DNA from: Podarcis melisellensis
Taxonomy: Eukaryota
Length of the DNA: 64,000 nucleotides
Reading direction: 5' to 3' (one strand)
NCBI GenBank assembly: GCA_964234715.1
Contig: OZ174279.1
Every line of letters starts with the position of its first letter. Within the stretch, counting starts at the first letter, position 1. A program made the translations under genes and the position numbers. Positions 37,570-50,106 of this stretch are shown one piece after another. The notes under the pieces are model-generated. The model made no database searches. It saw only the letters and a list, made by a program, of their open reading frames with translations, and had not been told where the DNA came from.

Positions 37570-39860
37570 CTGAAAAACAGGTTGAGTTGTTTGTAGATCA
37601 AACAGAAAGGATCTAAGGCACTGATGCCAGTTATTTGTTTGCAGAGACCCTGCTGTCGTGTTGGATTTCTTCTAAAGATTGCATATTGCTACCAACCCTT
37701 ATTTACCAGAATTTTGTTTTATTAGTGTCTTCACCATTCTCTCTAAGTTAGCCACATCTGGAGGGTTATTTGTTACCCATCCCTGTGTTAAGGCACACCA
37801 GAACTCCATTTCCTTCTCCTCTTCGTGGCTCATGTACAGAGATAAATATGTGCTAAAGTGAAGAGGGTAAAGTCAGGTCCTACAGAGCTTCTTCCAATCA
37901 TGAGCACAGCATCAGACAGGAAAAAGGATTGTGCCCCAAATTTAGTGTTCATTTTGCAGAGATGATGGATTAGATTAATGGGATTAACTGGTCTGCACTA
38001 TGTTACATGTTTGAAAGCTTGTAGATTCTTTTAAATTGGTAGGCAAAACAGTAAAATAATTATTACTAATCTAAACCCACCAGTGTTGTCGTCCCAATGC
38101 ATCAACTGTAACCAGGTTACAAAACCACAGTTGGAGAGGGATTAACAAACTACATAGTTAGTTTCAGTACAGCAGTTAATGCTGAGCCACCACTAAAGTG
38201 GGAAAGACAAGGCAGAATTTGCAACAAAGGGGAGAAAGGGGAGGAAAGAGCACAGAAACCCATTCCTTGTTCAGTGATTGGACATGTAACATTGGCACTT
38301 TGGCCTATAAAAAAAATGCTTGATGGTAACATTCAATTTACACACTTACTCAATCCTTCTTTGAGAACAGTACCAGTAATGGAAGAGCACGCAAAGCATA
38401 TGCAAGTCTGGATCTTAGGAAGTTACAGACCATAAAATACAGAGATACCTACTCACAGGCACATTATGTCACAAATGTGAATGAAATGAAGCGGATGAGA
38501 CAGAAGGATGTCAAAAGAGGGCTTCTGCTGCCTATACCTCCCCTCCCACCCTGCTGAGTGCCATTGAGAACAGCTGTGGTGCATCCCCAGTAGTAGGCTC
38601 CTAATCTGTTTCAGGCCACACATGAAAGTCAGCTAAGGGCCCAAAGTGGCTCACCGATTTCCCAAATGTGATCTACACCCACACATTTTAGCAGTTACTT
38701 ATGATCCTGGAACAAAGGCATCACTAGCTCATTTGTCTTAGAAACAACCTCCTATGCTATTTATTCCTTTGTAAAAGTACAACCTTGAAGTACTAAACAG
38801 AGATGGTCAGCACAAATTCACAACCAATTTTAGCAAAGTAGCAGGTTCTGTATTCAACTCTACTAGCAGCAAGTTACGTAGCGATTATTCAATGTAAGAT
38901 ATCAGATTTAAACTGCTAAAATACACCAGAAGCCTTACAATCCAGTCTCTCACTGAGTTGTATTCCACAATGCCATTTTTTTGACCAACACAGACTGTGT
39001 ACTGTTAATAGCTGCAGAAATTCAATGTGAGCAGGTTTTCAAATCATTGCACATACTTGACAGCAAAAAGGCATAGCACTGAAATTTCTGCATGCCATGC
39101 AACTGTTGTAGGTTCTGTCGGGGAAGGAGGCACCCCTAAATTCAACATGTCTCCTCCAAATACATATCATTCTACTTAAAGTATTTTTGTTAAAACATTT
39201 GATGTTTCCAAATACCCAAGATTCCCAAACCACCTGGGGCAATTCTGAATCACACTTTTAAAGACACTTATGTTCCTTTCTAGACAGAGTGAAAATCTAA
39301 GGCCTATTGGAGAACAAACAAATAGTTTTTCAACAACTATAATTCACTGTGGATTGCTTACTTGTAGGGCTGTACCTTTTAATTGGTTTAAATGTTGGAT
39401 TGAGTCAGCTGTAGCTTAGCTGTTAGTAGAACTATGAGTTATAAGTGCATTTATTTATGTATTTATGGCTTTGCTAAAACAATTTTATTTTTTGCTTGAT
39501 GCTATGATTGGGAATGAAAAAGTATTAAAACAGGTCTACCAAGTCTACTACTCTTTTTTTTTACTGAGTTTTACAGAAGGCATGCCAGAATTTTAACTTC
39601 ACATCTTCAGTAATGAAATCAAAATTAATTTAGCCCCAAAGTTCTCTCGAAACGGTCTCTCAATATTACACATCCCTCAATACTTAAAATGAAACCAGTG
39701 CTGATTTTCATAATAACACTAAGTCTATAAAAATAGTGGTATGATTGATTATTATTGCAAATTACTATAATAATAATAATAAACCTTTATTGACACTACA
39801 CCACCTGCGTGCAGTGAAATTAAACAATTTTTCAGAATTTCTATTATCACCATCACATTA

Positions 39861-40101
39861 CAGTGGTACCTTGGTTTAAGAACAGTCCTGTTTAAGAACG
39901 ATTCGGTTAACGAACTCCACAAAACCAGAAATACTGTCCCACTTTGAGAACTTTACCTCGGTTTAAGAATAGAATCCGAACGGTGGAAGGGCACCGGCGG
40001 CGGGAGACCTCATTAGGGAAAGCGCGCCTTGGTTTAATAATGGTTTTGGTTTAAGAATGGACTTCCGGAATGGATTATGTTCGTAAACTGAGGTACCACT
40101 G
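39861..40101. mobile_element. Tc1/mariner MITE, related subfamily
   Basis: TA|CAGTGGTACCT...AGGTACCACTG|TA; internal GGTTTAAGAA repeats. Confidence 0.9.
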
Positions 40102-40284
40102 TATACTGGAATTCGCAGTACTGCCTACAGAACAGGAGTAGGCACTATCCCAGTAACCACAATGTTCTGCAAACTTCCTGGGCAGAACAGTTGTGGAGCT
40201 CTATTGACATAAGGTTTTTATTTTTGAATTTCACCCTACTCTATATCAACAATGTTCAAACCTAGGTTATTCATCCTTTCTTTT

Positions 40285-40392
40285 ACAAAGTTTATATCCT
40301 GCCTTTCTTCCATGGTATTCAAGGTTACCTACAAAATTCCCAAGCAGTGTCCCATCCAAGCACCAGCCAAACTGAGATCAGTTTAGCTTCAG
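40285..40392 (-). mobile_element. 5S rRNA-derived SINE fragment
   Basis: Minus strand reads GAAGCTAAAC..TGGCTGGTGCTTGGATGGGACACTGCTTGGGAA, then an L2-like tail. Confidence 0.6.
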
Positions 40393-41589
40393 ACTGTCTC
40401 TATATGCAGCATGTCTATACTGCTCACCTTTACAGACATACAGTTACTCACAAACTCATGCAAAAAGTTAAACGTACGTTCTATTCTTAGGAGTCATTCT
40501 TGGTAACTTAATTGTTTCAAATCATGATGTTGAACAAATCCACTTACGTCTTCAACATCTTCAAGCAAATGAGAATTTTTATTTGGAACCACAAACAACA
40601 GAATAACTGAACACATTCAAAGCACTATCTTTCTCATTATTAAAAACATCAAACGCAGAGGATTATGAAAGTATATGATCTCCCCCTCAACTAAAGTTTG
40701 AAATGGTACAGTACAGGAAGGACTGGACCATGTGCTACTTCTGCATTTTTTTTTAATTGGCTTTTTAGATTGTCTGCTTTTCTGCTAAATTACATGCGAG
40801 AGAACCTGCTGTAGCCTGAATTTATCTCACACACTGGGGACTCCTGAATATGAAATGAGCAGGTAATAGATGGCATTTCAACATACTTCAAACTTGAAAT
40901 ACCTTCCCACTACGTTGGTGTTTCATAATGGCATATAATCATCAGTCATTATGCAGGAGTACTTTTAGGATCTTGCATGATCAAATATTCTAGAGATACT
41001 TAAATCTTCCCATGTTATTGACTTGTATATGTAAAAGACTATTCCTTAAATAAATTATTAAAAATATCCGTTTTTACAAAACCACATACCCCAATGTCTA
41101 GAATGCACTTATAAAAGTTAATGCCATGGGCAAGCATACTTCCTGCAGCAGTTTTAACTGCTTGGGTTCTACTTACTTGAAATATCTCTTTTAGATTGCT
41201 GAAGCAACTGTCTCAACCCTTGGCAGGAGCTCTGGAATAAGGAATAAGTTCTCTGTGAATAAATATTACTTGATGTAGACTGTCCCTTCAACATCAGCCA
41301 ACTAACTAATATGAACGTGCATGGGTTCACACACATATAAATGATAGAATGAATTACACTTATGTGAAATCCAGACATAAGGTAAAATAGCTTCTCTCTG
41401 TGGCAGTATAGATTAGGGCAGTTAATTCCAAAATGGAACATTCTGCAGACAAGATTCCATCTGCCTGCAGAGACAGACAGCAACTCTAAGAAAGACTGTA
41501 GAGCAGTGGCTTACAATGCGTGCAAGACAAATGGAACCCAGAAAAAATACTCCAATCAATAAAACACTTGAAATCATATGAGTTTATAA

Positions 41590-41850
41590 AACCTGGTTCG
41601 CATAAAACATAAAGCCATGGTTTGTTTGAATATCTGGACTCAGCCCAGCAGTCTAACCATGGTTTGCTTTTGGCCATCAAACCACAATATGAAGCTGTGG
41701 CTTGTTATTGGCTTAAAAATAATGTCTGGTTTTAGCTTTATGCTTGAACACAACCATGGAATGCTTGGTACCCCAACCCAGATACTCAAAGGGACAAGGC
41801 AAGAGGAAGCAAACCAAGGTTGGGAGAAACAAGTCATGGCTTAGCATTAT
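41590..41850. repeat. AACCATGGTT-rich palindromic MITE-like repeat
   Basis: Internal AACCA/TGGTTT repeats; relatives at ~4320-4500, 32140-32590, 33560-33870, 42200-42480 and 57860-58120. Confidence 0.55.
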
Positions 41851-42753
41851 GTGCAAATACACCAAGTGTGTCACTTCCGCCAGTATAAAAAGCAACAATG
41901 CGGCAAAAACTAAATAGGAATTGAGGTATGCATTAACCAGCCCCAGGGGAAGAATGTAAATTGTGGCAATTTATTTGAACTCTGACACATTGCTCAAACC
42001 TTCATGTAGCAAGATCTCTAACCTATTATTCTTCCATCACCAAAGATACAACCATGGATTTAAATTTTCTGGATGCCTGGTCCAATCACTACTGAAAGAT
42101 TGTGACATGAAGATATAACACAGGTGAGAACAGTAAGCTCTAAATGAAACGGTACAGTGTAGATATGCAAAGTCAAGTCTCTACTGGTCTGATATGAACA
42201 ACGCTTTAAACCACAATTACAGAAAACTGTGGTTTTAAGGTGAACATGAAGCATACATGTCTCTTCTACCCTGCTTTTATTGCTGCCAGGAGCTAGGCGG
42301 CCATGGTCTGGCTAAGTGTTACCTCTGAACTTGAGCTTGTGATTCATTTCCTCCAAACAAGCTTAGCTCCCAACAGGGGTGGAAAACAAGCAAACTGCCC
42401 ATGGTTTCAGTAAGGTGCAGCCGCATCCTGCGTGTTACTCTTGAAGCCATAGTTTAGTTTAACTATGGTTTAAAGGATGTGAAAATGAGACCACTGTCTA
42501 GAATGCAGGAAAGTGCTGAGCACTTCAGCTTTTTAAAAAGATCCTAACCGCAGCTTTGTTTTCTCTCTTAATTGTACCCTGTAGCTTCTTCAATGAATTA
42601 TAATCCTTATCACACCAAGATGACATTTAAGAGACCAGTCAGATATAGACTGCAGAAAGGACCTTGTGATTCTATTGAGCAAAGGTCTATTGAACAAAAA
42701 CACTGATCTTTCACACTTTTTTACAGCATTAGATTTTATAATTTAAAATTTCG

Positions 42754-42918
42754 ACAGTGGAACAGACTCCCTCGGAAGGTTGTGGACTCTCCTTCATTGG
42801 AGGTGTTTAAGCAGAGATAGGATGGCCATCTGTCATGAATGCTTTAGTTGAGATTCCTGCATTACAGGGGTTAGACTAGATGACCCTCAGGGTACCTCCC
42901 AACTCTACAATTCTATGA
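42754..42918 (+). mobile_element. CR1 LINE 3' end
   Basis: GTTGTGGACTCTCCTTCATTGGAGG...GACTAGATGACC...CCAACTCTACAATTCTATGA, typical CR1 terminus. Confidence 0.85.
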
Positions 42919-43011
42919 GAATTTGAAATTGTAGACAAACTATAGGAACAGCTCAAAGCCACATGACAAAAAACAGGATGAAGCTTTTAGAAGATGGTCA
43001 AATAAAGACTA

Positions 43012-43253
43012 CAGTGGTACCTCAGGTTAAGTACTTAATTCATTCCGGAGGTCCATACTTAACCTGAAACTGTTCTTAACCTGAAGTACCACTTTAGCTA
43101 ATGGGGCCTCCTGCTGCCGCCGCGCCGCCGGAGCACAATTTCTGTTCTCATCCTGAAGCAAAGTTCTTAACCTGAAGCACTATTTCTGGGTTAGCAGAGT
43201 CTGTAACCTGAAGCAAATGTAACCTGAAGCGTATGTAACCCGAGGTACCACTG
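43012..43253. mobile_element. Tc1/mariner (Tigger/pogo-like) MITE
   Basis: TA|CAGTGGTACCTC...GAGGTACCACTG|TA; internal TAACCTGAAG repeats; near-identical to 57112-57337. Confidence 0.92.
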
Positions 43254-43369
43254 TACTGAGGTTCATCTCCCTGCTTTAGCAGATAATTACAGATAATTTC
43301 CAAACTGTATATATTACACTTTCCCCCATTCTCACTAATGTTATCTGTTCTTGAGACTTTTCATTTCTG

Positions 43370-43600
43370 TCTTTTATAGCTTGGGACCCAAGTGCCTAAA
43401 TGAGCACCTCCTCCAATATCATCCATCTCAAGTCTTACAGTCAGTGGGGGAGGCCCTGTTGGTGGTGTCTGCCATCTTGGTAGTTCCCCATTTATGGAAT
43501 GCTTTCCCTGGTGAGGTACATCTGCCTTCCTCATTATTAACATTCAGAAGGAATTTAAAAGCCTGCATATTCACCCAGGCATTTGCTGGCTGAAATATAC
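43370..43600 (+). mobile_element. L2 fragment
   Basis: LGPKCLNEHL..VPHLWNAFP..FRRNLKACIF residual frame. Confidence 0.7.
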
Positions 43601-43781
43601 TGCTTCCTGGCAAACTTGAAATTATCTAGGTGCAAGGATATCTGATTGTTTTCAAATGATTTGCATTGTTTTTAATTACAAAATCAATATAAGTGCTTAA
43701 AAGTTGGGGAGAAATGTCCCCAATAGTTTAAATACATCCTAAATCATTGTAATTTATTCTCTCTCTCACTCCCAATATATA

Positions 43782-44112
43782 AAGTAAAGGGACCCCTGAC
43801 CATTAGGTCTAGGACGATTCTGGGATTGCGGCGCTCATCTCACTTTGCTGGCCAAGGGAGCCGGCGTACAGCTTCCAAGGTATGTTGCCAGCATGACTAA
43901 GCCGCTTCTGGCGAATCAGAGAAATGCACGGAAACCCTGGTTAACTTCCTGCCGGAGCGGTACCTATTGCACTTCGTGCTTTCAAACTGCTATGTTGGCA
44001 GGAGCAGGGACCGAGCAATGGGAGCTCACCCTGTCATGGAGATTTGAACCATCAACCTTCTGATCAGCAAGCCCTAGGCTCTATGGTTTAACCCACAGTG
44101 CCACCCGCATCC
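43782..44112 (-). mobile_element. Sauria SINE, near full length, with TSD
   Basis: Reverse complement of the same family; 13-bp TSD CTCCC(A/G)ATATATA at 43769-43781 and 44113-44125. Confidence 0.9.
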
Positions 44113-44159
44113 CTCCCGATATATAGATATATGCCACTTAATATTTTTATAATTCTTTA

Positions 44160-44710
44160 ACTGGTATACAGCATAAAAACAATATAATTACAACAAAAAT
44201 AAAGCAGTAGTATAAAAGCATCATGGATGACTTTGTTGGATACAACCCCAAACCAGGAATTAATATAAAGAAAAGCAGGATGAGATTCTTATGGGTCAGG
44301 GAAAGCCTGGGCGAAAATATCTGACTTCACAAAACATCTGAAACAACTGGTGGTTGCTGCTTCACTTACAGCAAAGGGTATTTCTTAATGCAGGGCAATA
44401 ACAGAAAATGCCCATTTTCATATCATTACCCTATGACATTCTGTAGGGTACAGTACTACAAGAATTTCCTCAGATTATCTGATTGATCCTACAAGGGCAG
44501 GCAATCTTTCAGGTATCCTGGTCTGAGTTGTTTATTCATATGTTAACAACAAGACCTTCAACATGGCCCAGTACCTGATCGGCAGCCAGTGCGGTTTCCT
44601 CAGCACAATGTAACACATGCCTATCCAGGTATTCCACACAAAAACCGGGGCACAGCATTCTGCACTAGCTGCAGCTTCCAAACTAATCTCAAGGGAAACC
44701 CCACAAAGAG
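44160..44710 (-). mobile_element. Decayed L2 fragment
   Basis: GCATTCTGCACTAGCTGCAGCTTCC..CTCAAGGG matches the corresponding part of the 29520-30390 element. Confidence 0.6.
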
Positions 44711-46559
44711 CACATATTTAACACCAATTCAGCAAAAATATAAACTATATAAATATCAAATATTAAGTTTGGTGTTATAGATGACCACAGTCTATAATAA
44801 CAGAATACAAATGTTTCAATCCATTTTTGTATTCAGCATACAATTTTTATGTACACAGCTTGGAAACTTTAGTAATTCATTCATATATAAATACTTTAAA
44901 CATTTTTTTTAAATGCAGGAAAAAATATTTAAAATTTAGTTTTCTTCAGTGTTGTCTACCCTTATATTGAGCACAATGGCCAATGTTGGTTCTCCAGTGT
45001 TTGTTCTATAAGAACAAAGCACAACAAATTGCCATTATTGTTTCACCTTAAATTAGTTCTTAGCACAACTTTGAAAGCCACACTTAAGCCAGTGAATCTC
45101 TGTGAATGGCATAAGTTTTCCTACTAACACAGAAAGTGGCATAGAGTTTACCAGTCCACAGACAACTCTGCTCCAAATAAGCTACTTCATTGTGCTATCC
45201 TAACTGCACTGCTTAGGTAATGCCGCAGAATTAAAATGGAAGAGAATCAACACAGGCATTCACTTTCAATACTGAAACCACAATACAAAGCTCAGAGCAA
45301 AATAGATCTTAACCTATGTGCATAGTTATATAAGAAACTGACACCGAACAAACCTTAATTTGCTCTTAATTTTCCAAGAACAGAAACAGGGGTTAGTTTA
45401 CTCAGAAATTAATTTTATTCGAATGGTGTAAATACCTGCAGGTGAGCAGTGATAAGATAATGGGAGCAGTGGCATTTACTTTAGAATGCTTCATTATCAG
45501 TTCAGGTACAAACAAGGGCAAAAAAGCACTGCAGAATGACTCATTCCAACAGCTGTCACATTAAATGGTTTATTGGTAAGGAATAACAAATTGATATTCC
45601 ATGTTCAAAATCAGACACCAGATTTAAGGCACATAGCAAACTGGAACACCTGGTTCTTCCATGGTTTTAAAATGCAGAGTTCACACACAAATACAGTACC
45701 TAGCACCCACAAATACACTGTGAGGAAGGCAGCATAGTATCATAGTTTAGGACCCCAAGCTGGTATAGTAGATGCTACAACCCATCCTAGGGATGAATTT
45801 GCTGATATCCATAATCTTCAGAACAAAGCCATTTAATAAAAACTGGACTAGACTATTGAAATCCAATATGCCTCTGTGAACAAGGCATAGCTTGCAGGTG
45901 GCTGGTGTAACATAGTGGTTAGTAACATAAGCTGTGATCTGAGAAGTCTACAGCTCATATCCCAGCTCAGTCATGAACTTACCCATTTGGCCTTTGGCAG
46001 ACCAATCACCTTCAGCCTCGGGCCTCTTGTTTGTATCGTGACAGTAATACTGCCCTGTCACAGAACAGCTGTAAAACTTACCAAGATGAAATCCAGAGGT
46101 TCGGTGTGCAGTGACACCTGCATGCTGATAATACCCATGCCACCCTGCATTGTCTAAGGAGGCAATTGAAGTCCTCAGTGTGGGATTGGATAAGGCTAAA
46201 AACCCAAGCAAAACTTCAGTCCCAATAGTACCAGCCACCAATGAAGAAATTTCCGTCTTTGGATGATCTACTGAGCAGCTCGTAAGCTTTTTCCTGCTGG
46301 TTTTTGTTTTGTTTACTGCTGCTGGTTTTTAATTCAATTCATTCATTCATTCTTGGTTGACTGGCTTATATTAGATCATTGGTCACATTGTGCAACCTTT
46401 TTGTTCAAAGGGGGTAACAATTATTTTAATGTATAAATAAATAGCGCTTTGATCACTAAGAAAAAACCACTTCATGGGCGTTAAGCACCATAGCTGCAAT
46501 AAAAAAAATGAATTTCAAGAATACAAATAAAGATATATTACTATAAAACAAAAACTTAC

Positions 46560-46653
46560 CCACTTGGCAATTGGACACCCTTGGGAGCTTTTTCCTTCTC
46601 TGCCTGTATACACAACTACCTCAATTCTTACAGCACTTCCTTTTGCTCCATAT
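46560..46653 (-). CDS. TET1: TET1 exon 6 (94 nt)
   Basis: ctacag|A...TGG|gtaagt; [31 protein letters not shown]. Confidence 0.97.
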
Positions 46654-46799
46654 CTGTAGAAAGGAAAAACTAGTAAGGATTATGAAATGTCCTAGTAATT
46701 AATTTCGTTAACAAGCAGAGAAGCAACAGGCCCCTTCCAGGCTTATGCCCACCACCACTTGGGGAAGGCAGCTATTAACCCCTTGCTCAGTCCTTAGGA

Positions 46800-47135
46800 A
46801 TGGACCCAGTATGCATCTCCACCCCCATCGCTCAGCCCAGACACTGAGGTCCTCCTCTAAGGGTCTTCTGCTGGTTCCCTCACTGCAAGAAGCGAAGTTA
46901 CAGGGAACCAGGCAGACGGTCTTCTTGGTAGTGGTGCCTTCCCTGTGGAACACCCTCCCTTCAGATGTCAAGGAAATAAACTACTATCTGACTTTTAGAA
47001 GATGTCTGAAGACTGCCCTGTTTAGGGAAGTTTTTAATGTTTCATGTTTTTACTATTCTGCTGGGAGTCGCCCAGAGTGGTGGGGAAAACCCAGCCAGAT
47101 GGGCAGGGTATAAATAATAAAATTATTATTATTAC
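46800..47135 (+). mobile_element. L2 LINE 3' end
   Basis: QTLRSSSKGLLLVP..FLVVVPSLWNTLP..FRRCLKT residual frame plus simple-repeat tail. Confidence 0.8.
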
Positions 47136-48710
47136 TACCCCTTCTGTGCCACTGAAATAAAAAACCACTTTCCCAAGCTCCTTTTTCACATGTTGTCCAA
47201 GGGATCCCCTTTTCATTGCTAGCATACACTACTTTGACTATAGTACTTTAGAGAACCATTCCTATCTTGTCCTCTTAATTCCAGTTCTTTCTATCCCACG
47301 CAATAACTGCTATTAAAAACTAGGGCTGTCATCAATTATCTTAGCTGATCATATGAACTGTAATTCAACCAATTAAATCTGCATATGTTTGCACATTAAT
47401 ACAACAATGGTTTTATCAAATAAATGTTATAGCAGGAAGCTTTAAAAAGAGGCATTCGCTCCAGAAAGAGAGAGAGAGAGACCGAGAAAGAGAATGTTTC
47501 TTCCCCATTTGCAACTGAATGAAAAATGCCCTTTTAAACATTTAAGATCTGCTTTCCAAGTAATTGTGGCACCTTTCCAGCCAATTTAATACATTCTGTT
47601 AATCCAACCAATAAATTTACTAAATGTGGGAGCCCAAAGTAAAACATCTACACTTTACAAACACACCAGATCTTCAACATAACCAAACGGAGAACTCCAA
47701 CAAAATAAGAATGGGATTAACCTACGTCATGTGCCCTCTCACCAGAAGTGCTGTGCAATGACTTCTGCTTGTGCAATGGGGCTTCCCTCCTCTTCCCATA
47801 TGCCCCTGAAATGGGCTCAGGAAAATCCCCAGAACAGCATACCGGGGGGGAAGGAGAGTGTTATTCCGTCTGGCAAGCAGCATTCAGAATGTCCGGAATA
47901 GCATGATGATGCAACCCACCCTAGCACTATAGTACTAGATTCATCTGACAAAGTGTCCATGAAAGCTTGGGCCGTACTAAATGTGTAAGTATGTTAAGGT
48001 GACCTCAGTATCTGGAGTATGTGGAAAGCATATCATGATGCAGCATGGGATGCTGTACTTCAAAGAAACTTATTCAAAGAAAGCAATCAGAAGTCCTGAC
48101 GGGCATACCCAATTCCTTAGGCACACCTAAATGAGAACTCTGGATTGTAGCTGATGATAAGCACCTGCCAATGTGACTTGGCTCTGAAAAGGAAAGCATG
48201 CACCTTGCAACTCTTGTTCAGGAAATCATTTGGTCTCTCTCCTTTGTCAAGATGGTATCTGAACTTCCCTCAAGCTCTAGCTGGCTTCCAGCCCAGTACT
48301 ACAATTGGCCACGTTGTCCTTTATTTACCTCCTGTGACTGACCATCTGCCTTGGATACAGTCCTAAGAAACCAGCACGGAAGAGATGACTCTTCCAGACC
48401 TCAGCACACCATGTCACATGCCCACTTCCTGTCCAACTCCCAACACCAACTGTCTTATGAGAGTCTCAACCCCTTTCCTGAAGACAGAGTCAGCACTCAA
48501 AAAGCAGCAGCATTCTAGTTACTGCAGCTCAAATACAGATAGTGTAGTTCCGACCTAGTATAATCAGGCAGGGAGGCCTTAGGTAAGTACCGCAAGAGAA
48601 AAAATACCACTTATACTATCATCATATATATTTGATTTATTTTTTTGGGGGGTGTATAGCGCTGTGCCTATATTTATTGAACCTTTACTCACTGATATGT
48701 ATTTTCTCAC

Positions 48711-48801
48711 CTGTCTTCCATTATTTCCCTGACTGCAGCGACACTTGGTCCCGTTCCAAGGTGTGTATAATATGGCCCTTCATCCTTCTCTATAATTTGC
48801 T
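48711..48801 (-). CDS. TET1: TET1 exon 5 (91 nt)
   Basis: ctgtag|AG...CAG|gtgaga; [29 protein letters not shown]. Confidence 0.97.
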
Positions 48802-49149
48802 CTACAGAAAAAATTAAAAATAGCTGTTAAAATTATTTCATGTACCGAGTACACACATGCAGTTGTGGGTTTTTTTTAAAGAGGAGAAAGATAAACATAT
48901 ACAGTGAAATATTTATTAGGCATGTCATACACTCCAGGCTGGAGTTAAAAGACTTGGTGGATCTCCAAGGCTGAGGAATATTGATGGGATTAACAATGGA
49001 GCCTTTATCAAAACAGAAATGCTATGGAATCTTTTGAAAATGTTCACATTTTGAACTAGAGTCAAGTTTATTATTGTTAACTGGTTTATCATTAATATAA
49101 TACTTCATTCCCTTTCAGATACTGAAGAACAGGAGCCAAATGCATACAT

Positions 49150-49631
49150 ACACATAAAAAAACTGGGGTCGTCCAATACACGGATAGTGGCATGGGGGGG
49201 GGGTGCTGCACTGCCAGCCAGCTCGATGGCGGGAGCTCGACTTCCCCTGATGCTGCAGCAAGAGGGGAGCGATCTGGAGGGTGTTTCCTGCCTAGGGGAA
49301 GAGAGAAGCTGTGCACCGCCAGCCATCTGCACGGGAGCACAAACTCCCCCAATGCTGCGGTGCACAGCGGGCGGTCCCTGGGTCATTTCCTGTGCATGGC
49401 GGCATCGGGGGAGGTTGCGCTCCCAACTGGATGGCTGGCGGGAGTGAAACTTCTCCCAATGCCACTGCATGCAGGAAATGATCTAGGGAGTGTTTCCTGC
49501 CCACAGCTGCGTGGGGGGAGAGGCTCAACAACTTTGGGCCATCTCCCCTTATTTTCCTAAAATTGACTCCCCAAAAATATGGTGGGGGGGTCCTTATACA
49601 TGAGGGCGTCTTATAGATGGAAAAATACAGT
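49150..49631. mobile_element. GC-rich DNA-transposon remnant (Tc1/mariner-like end)
   Basis: Ends GGGCGTCTTATAGATGGAAAAATACAG|TA; left TIR not found. Confidence 0.6.
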
Positions 49632-50106
49632 AAATAACATACTGCTTTTACCAAGGACACATTGGAATTCAATGAGACAACCAAGGAGGAGCAGTGATAA
49701 AGATACCCCCCCCTGTATTATTTATAAAGGTTGTTATTCCCTAATTCTCAACAAACCAACAAAACAATTTTCCTCCATTTGTTGCAGAGAAACAGGAAGC
49801 CAGCAATTCCCTGAAGTGCAGGGCTGAAGAAGTATTTCCAACTGATAACATCAACTCTTTAGGTAACTAGAAATTCTTCCACTACTGTTGGAAGTCACAG
49901 CCAGATGGTAAATTCAGGTAATCAAGCAGTTACTTGATTAGTATATGGAATGATATGGAGTCATCTTTTCACTTATGTGGTGGAGACTTGGAGACTCACT
50001 TCATCAGAGCAGGCAAGAGGCAACATTTGCAAGATAAAAATTCTAAAGGAATCCTCAGTGAGAAAACTTTCAGAACTCCATGCAAAATGAAGCAAATTAC
50101 ACTTAC

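Noticed and set aside
43020-43245. CRISPR-like spaced repeats (TAACCTGAAG)
   Set aside because: Short internal repeats of a TIR-bounded MITE with irregular spacing, in a eukaryotic intron
49092-49684. Cluster of 86-130 aa ORFs
   Set aside because: Inside a GC-rich transposon remnant; no transposase motifs
49973-50106. C-terminal extension of the 898-aa ORF
   Set aside because: Read-through past the consensus donor G|gtaagt; the true frame continues in exon 5
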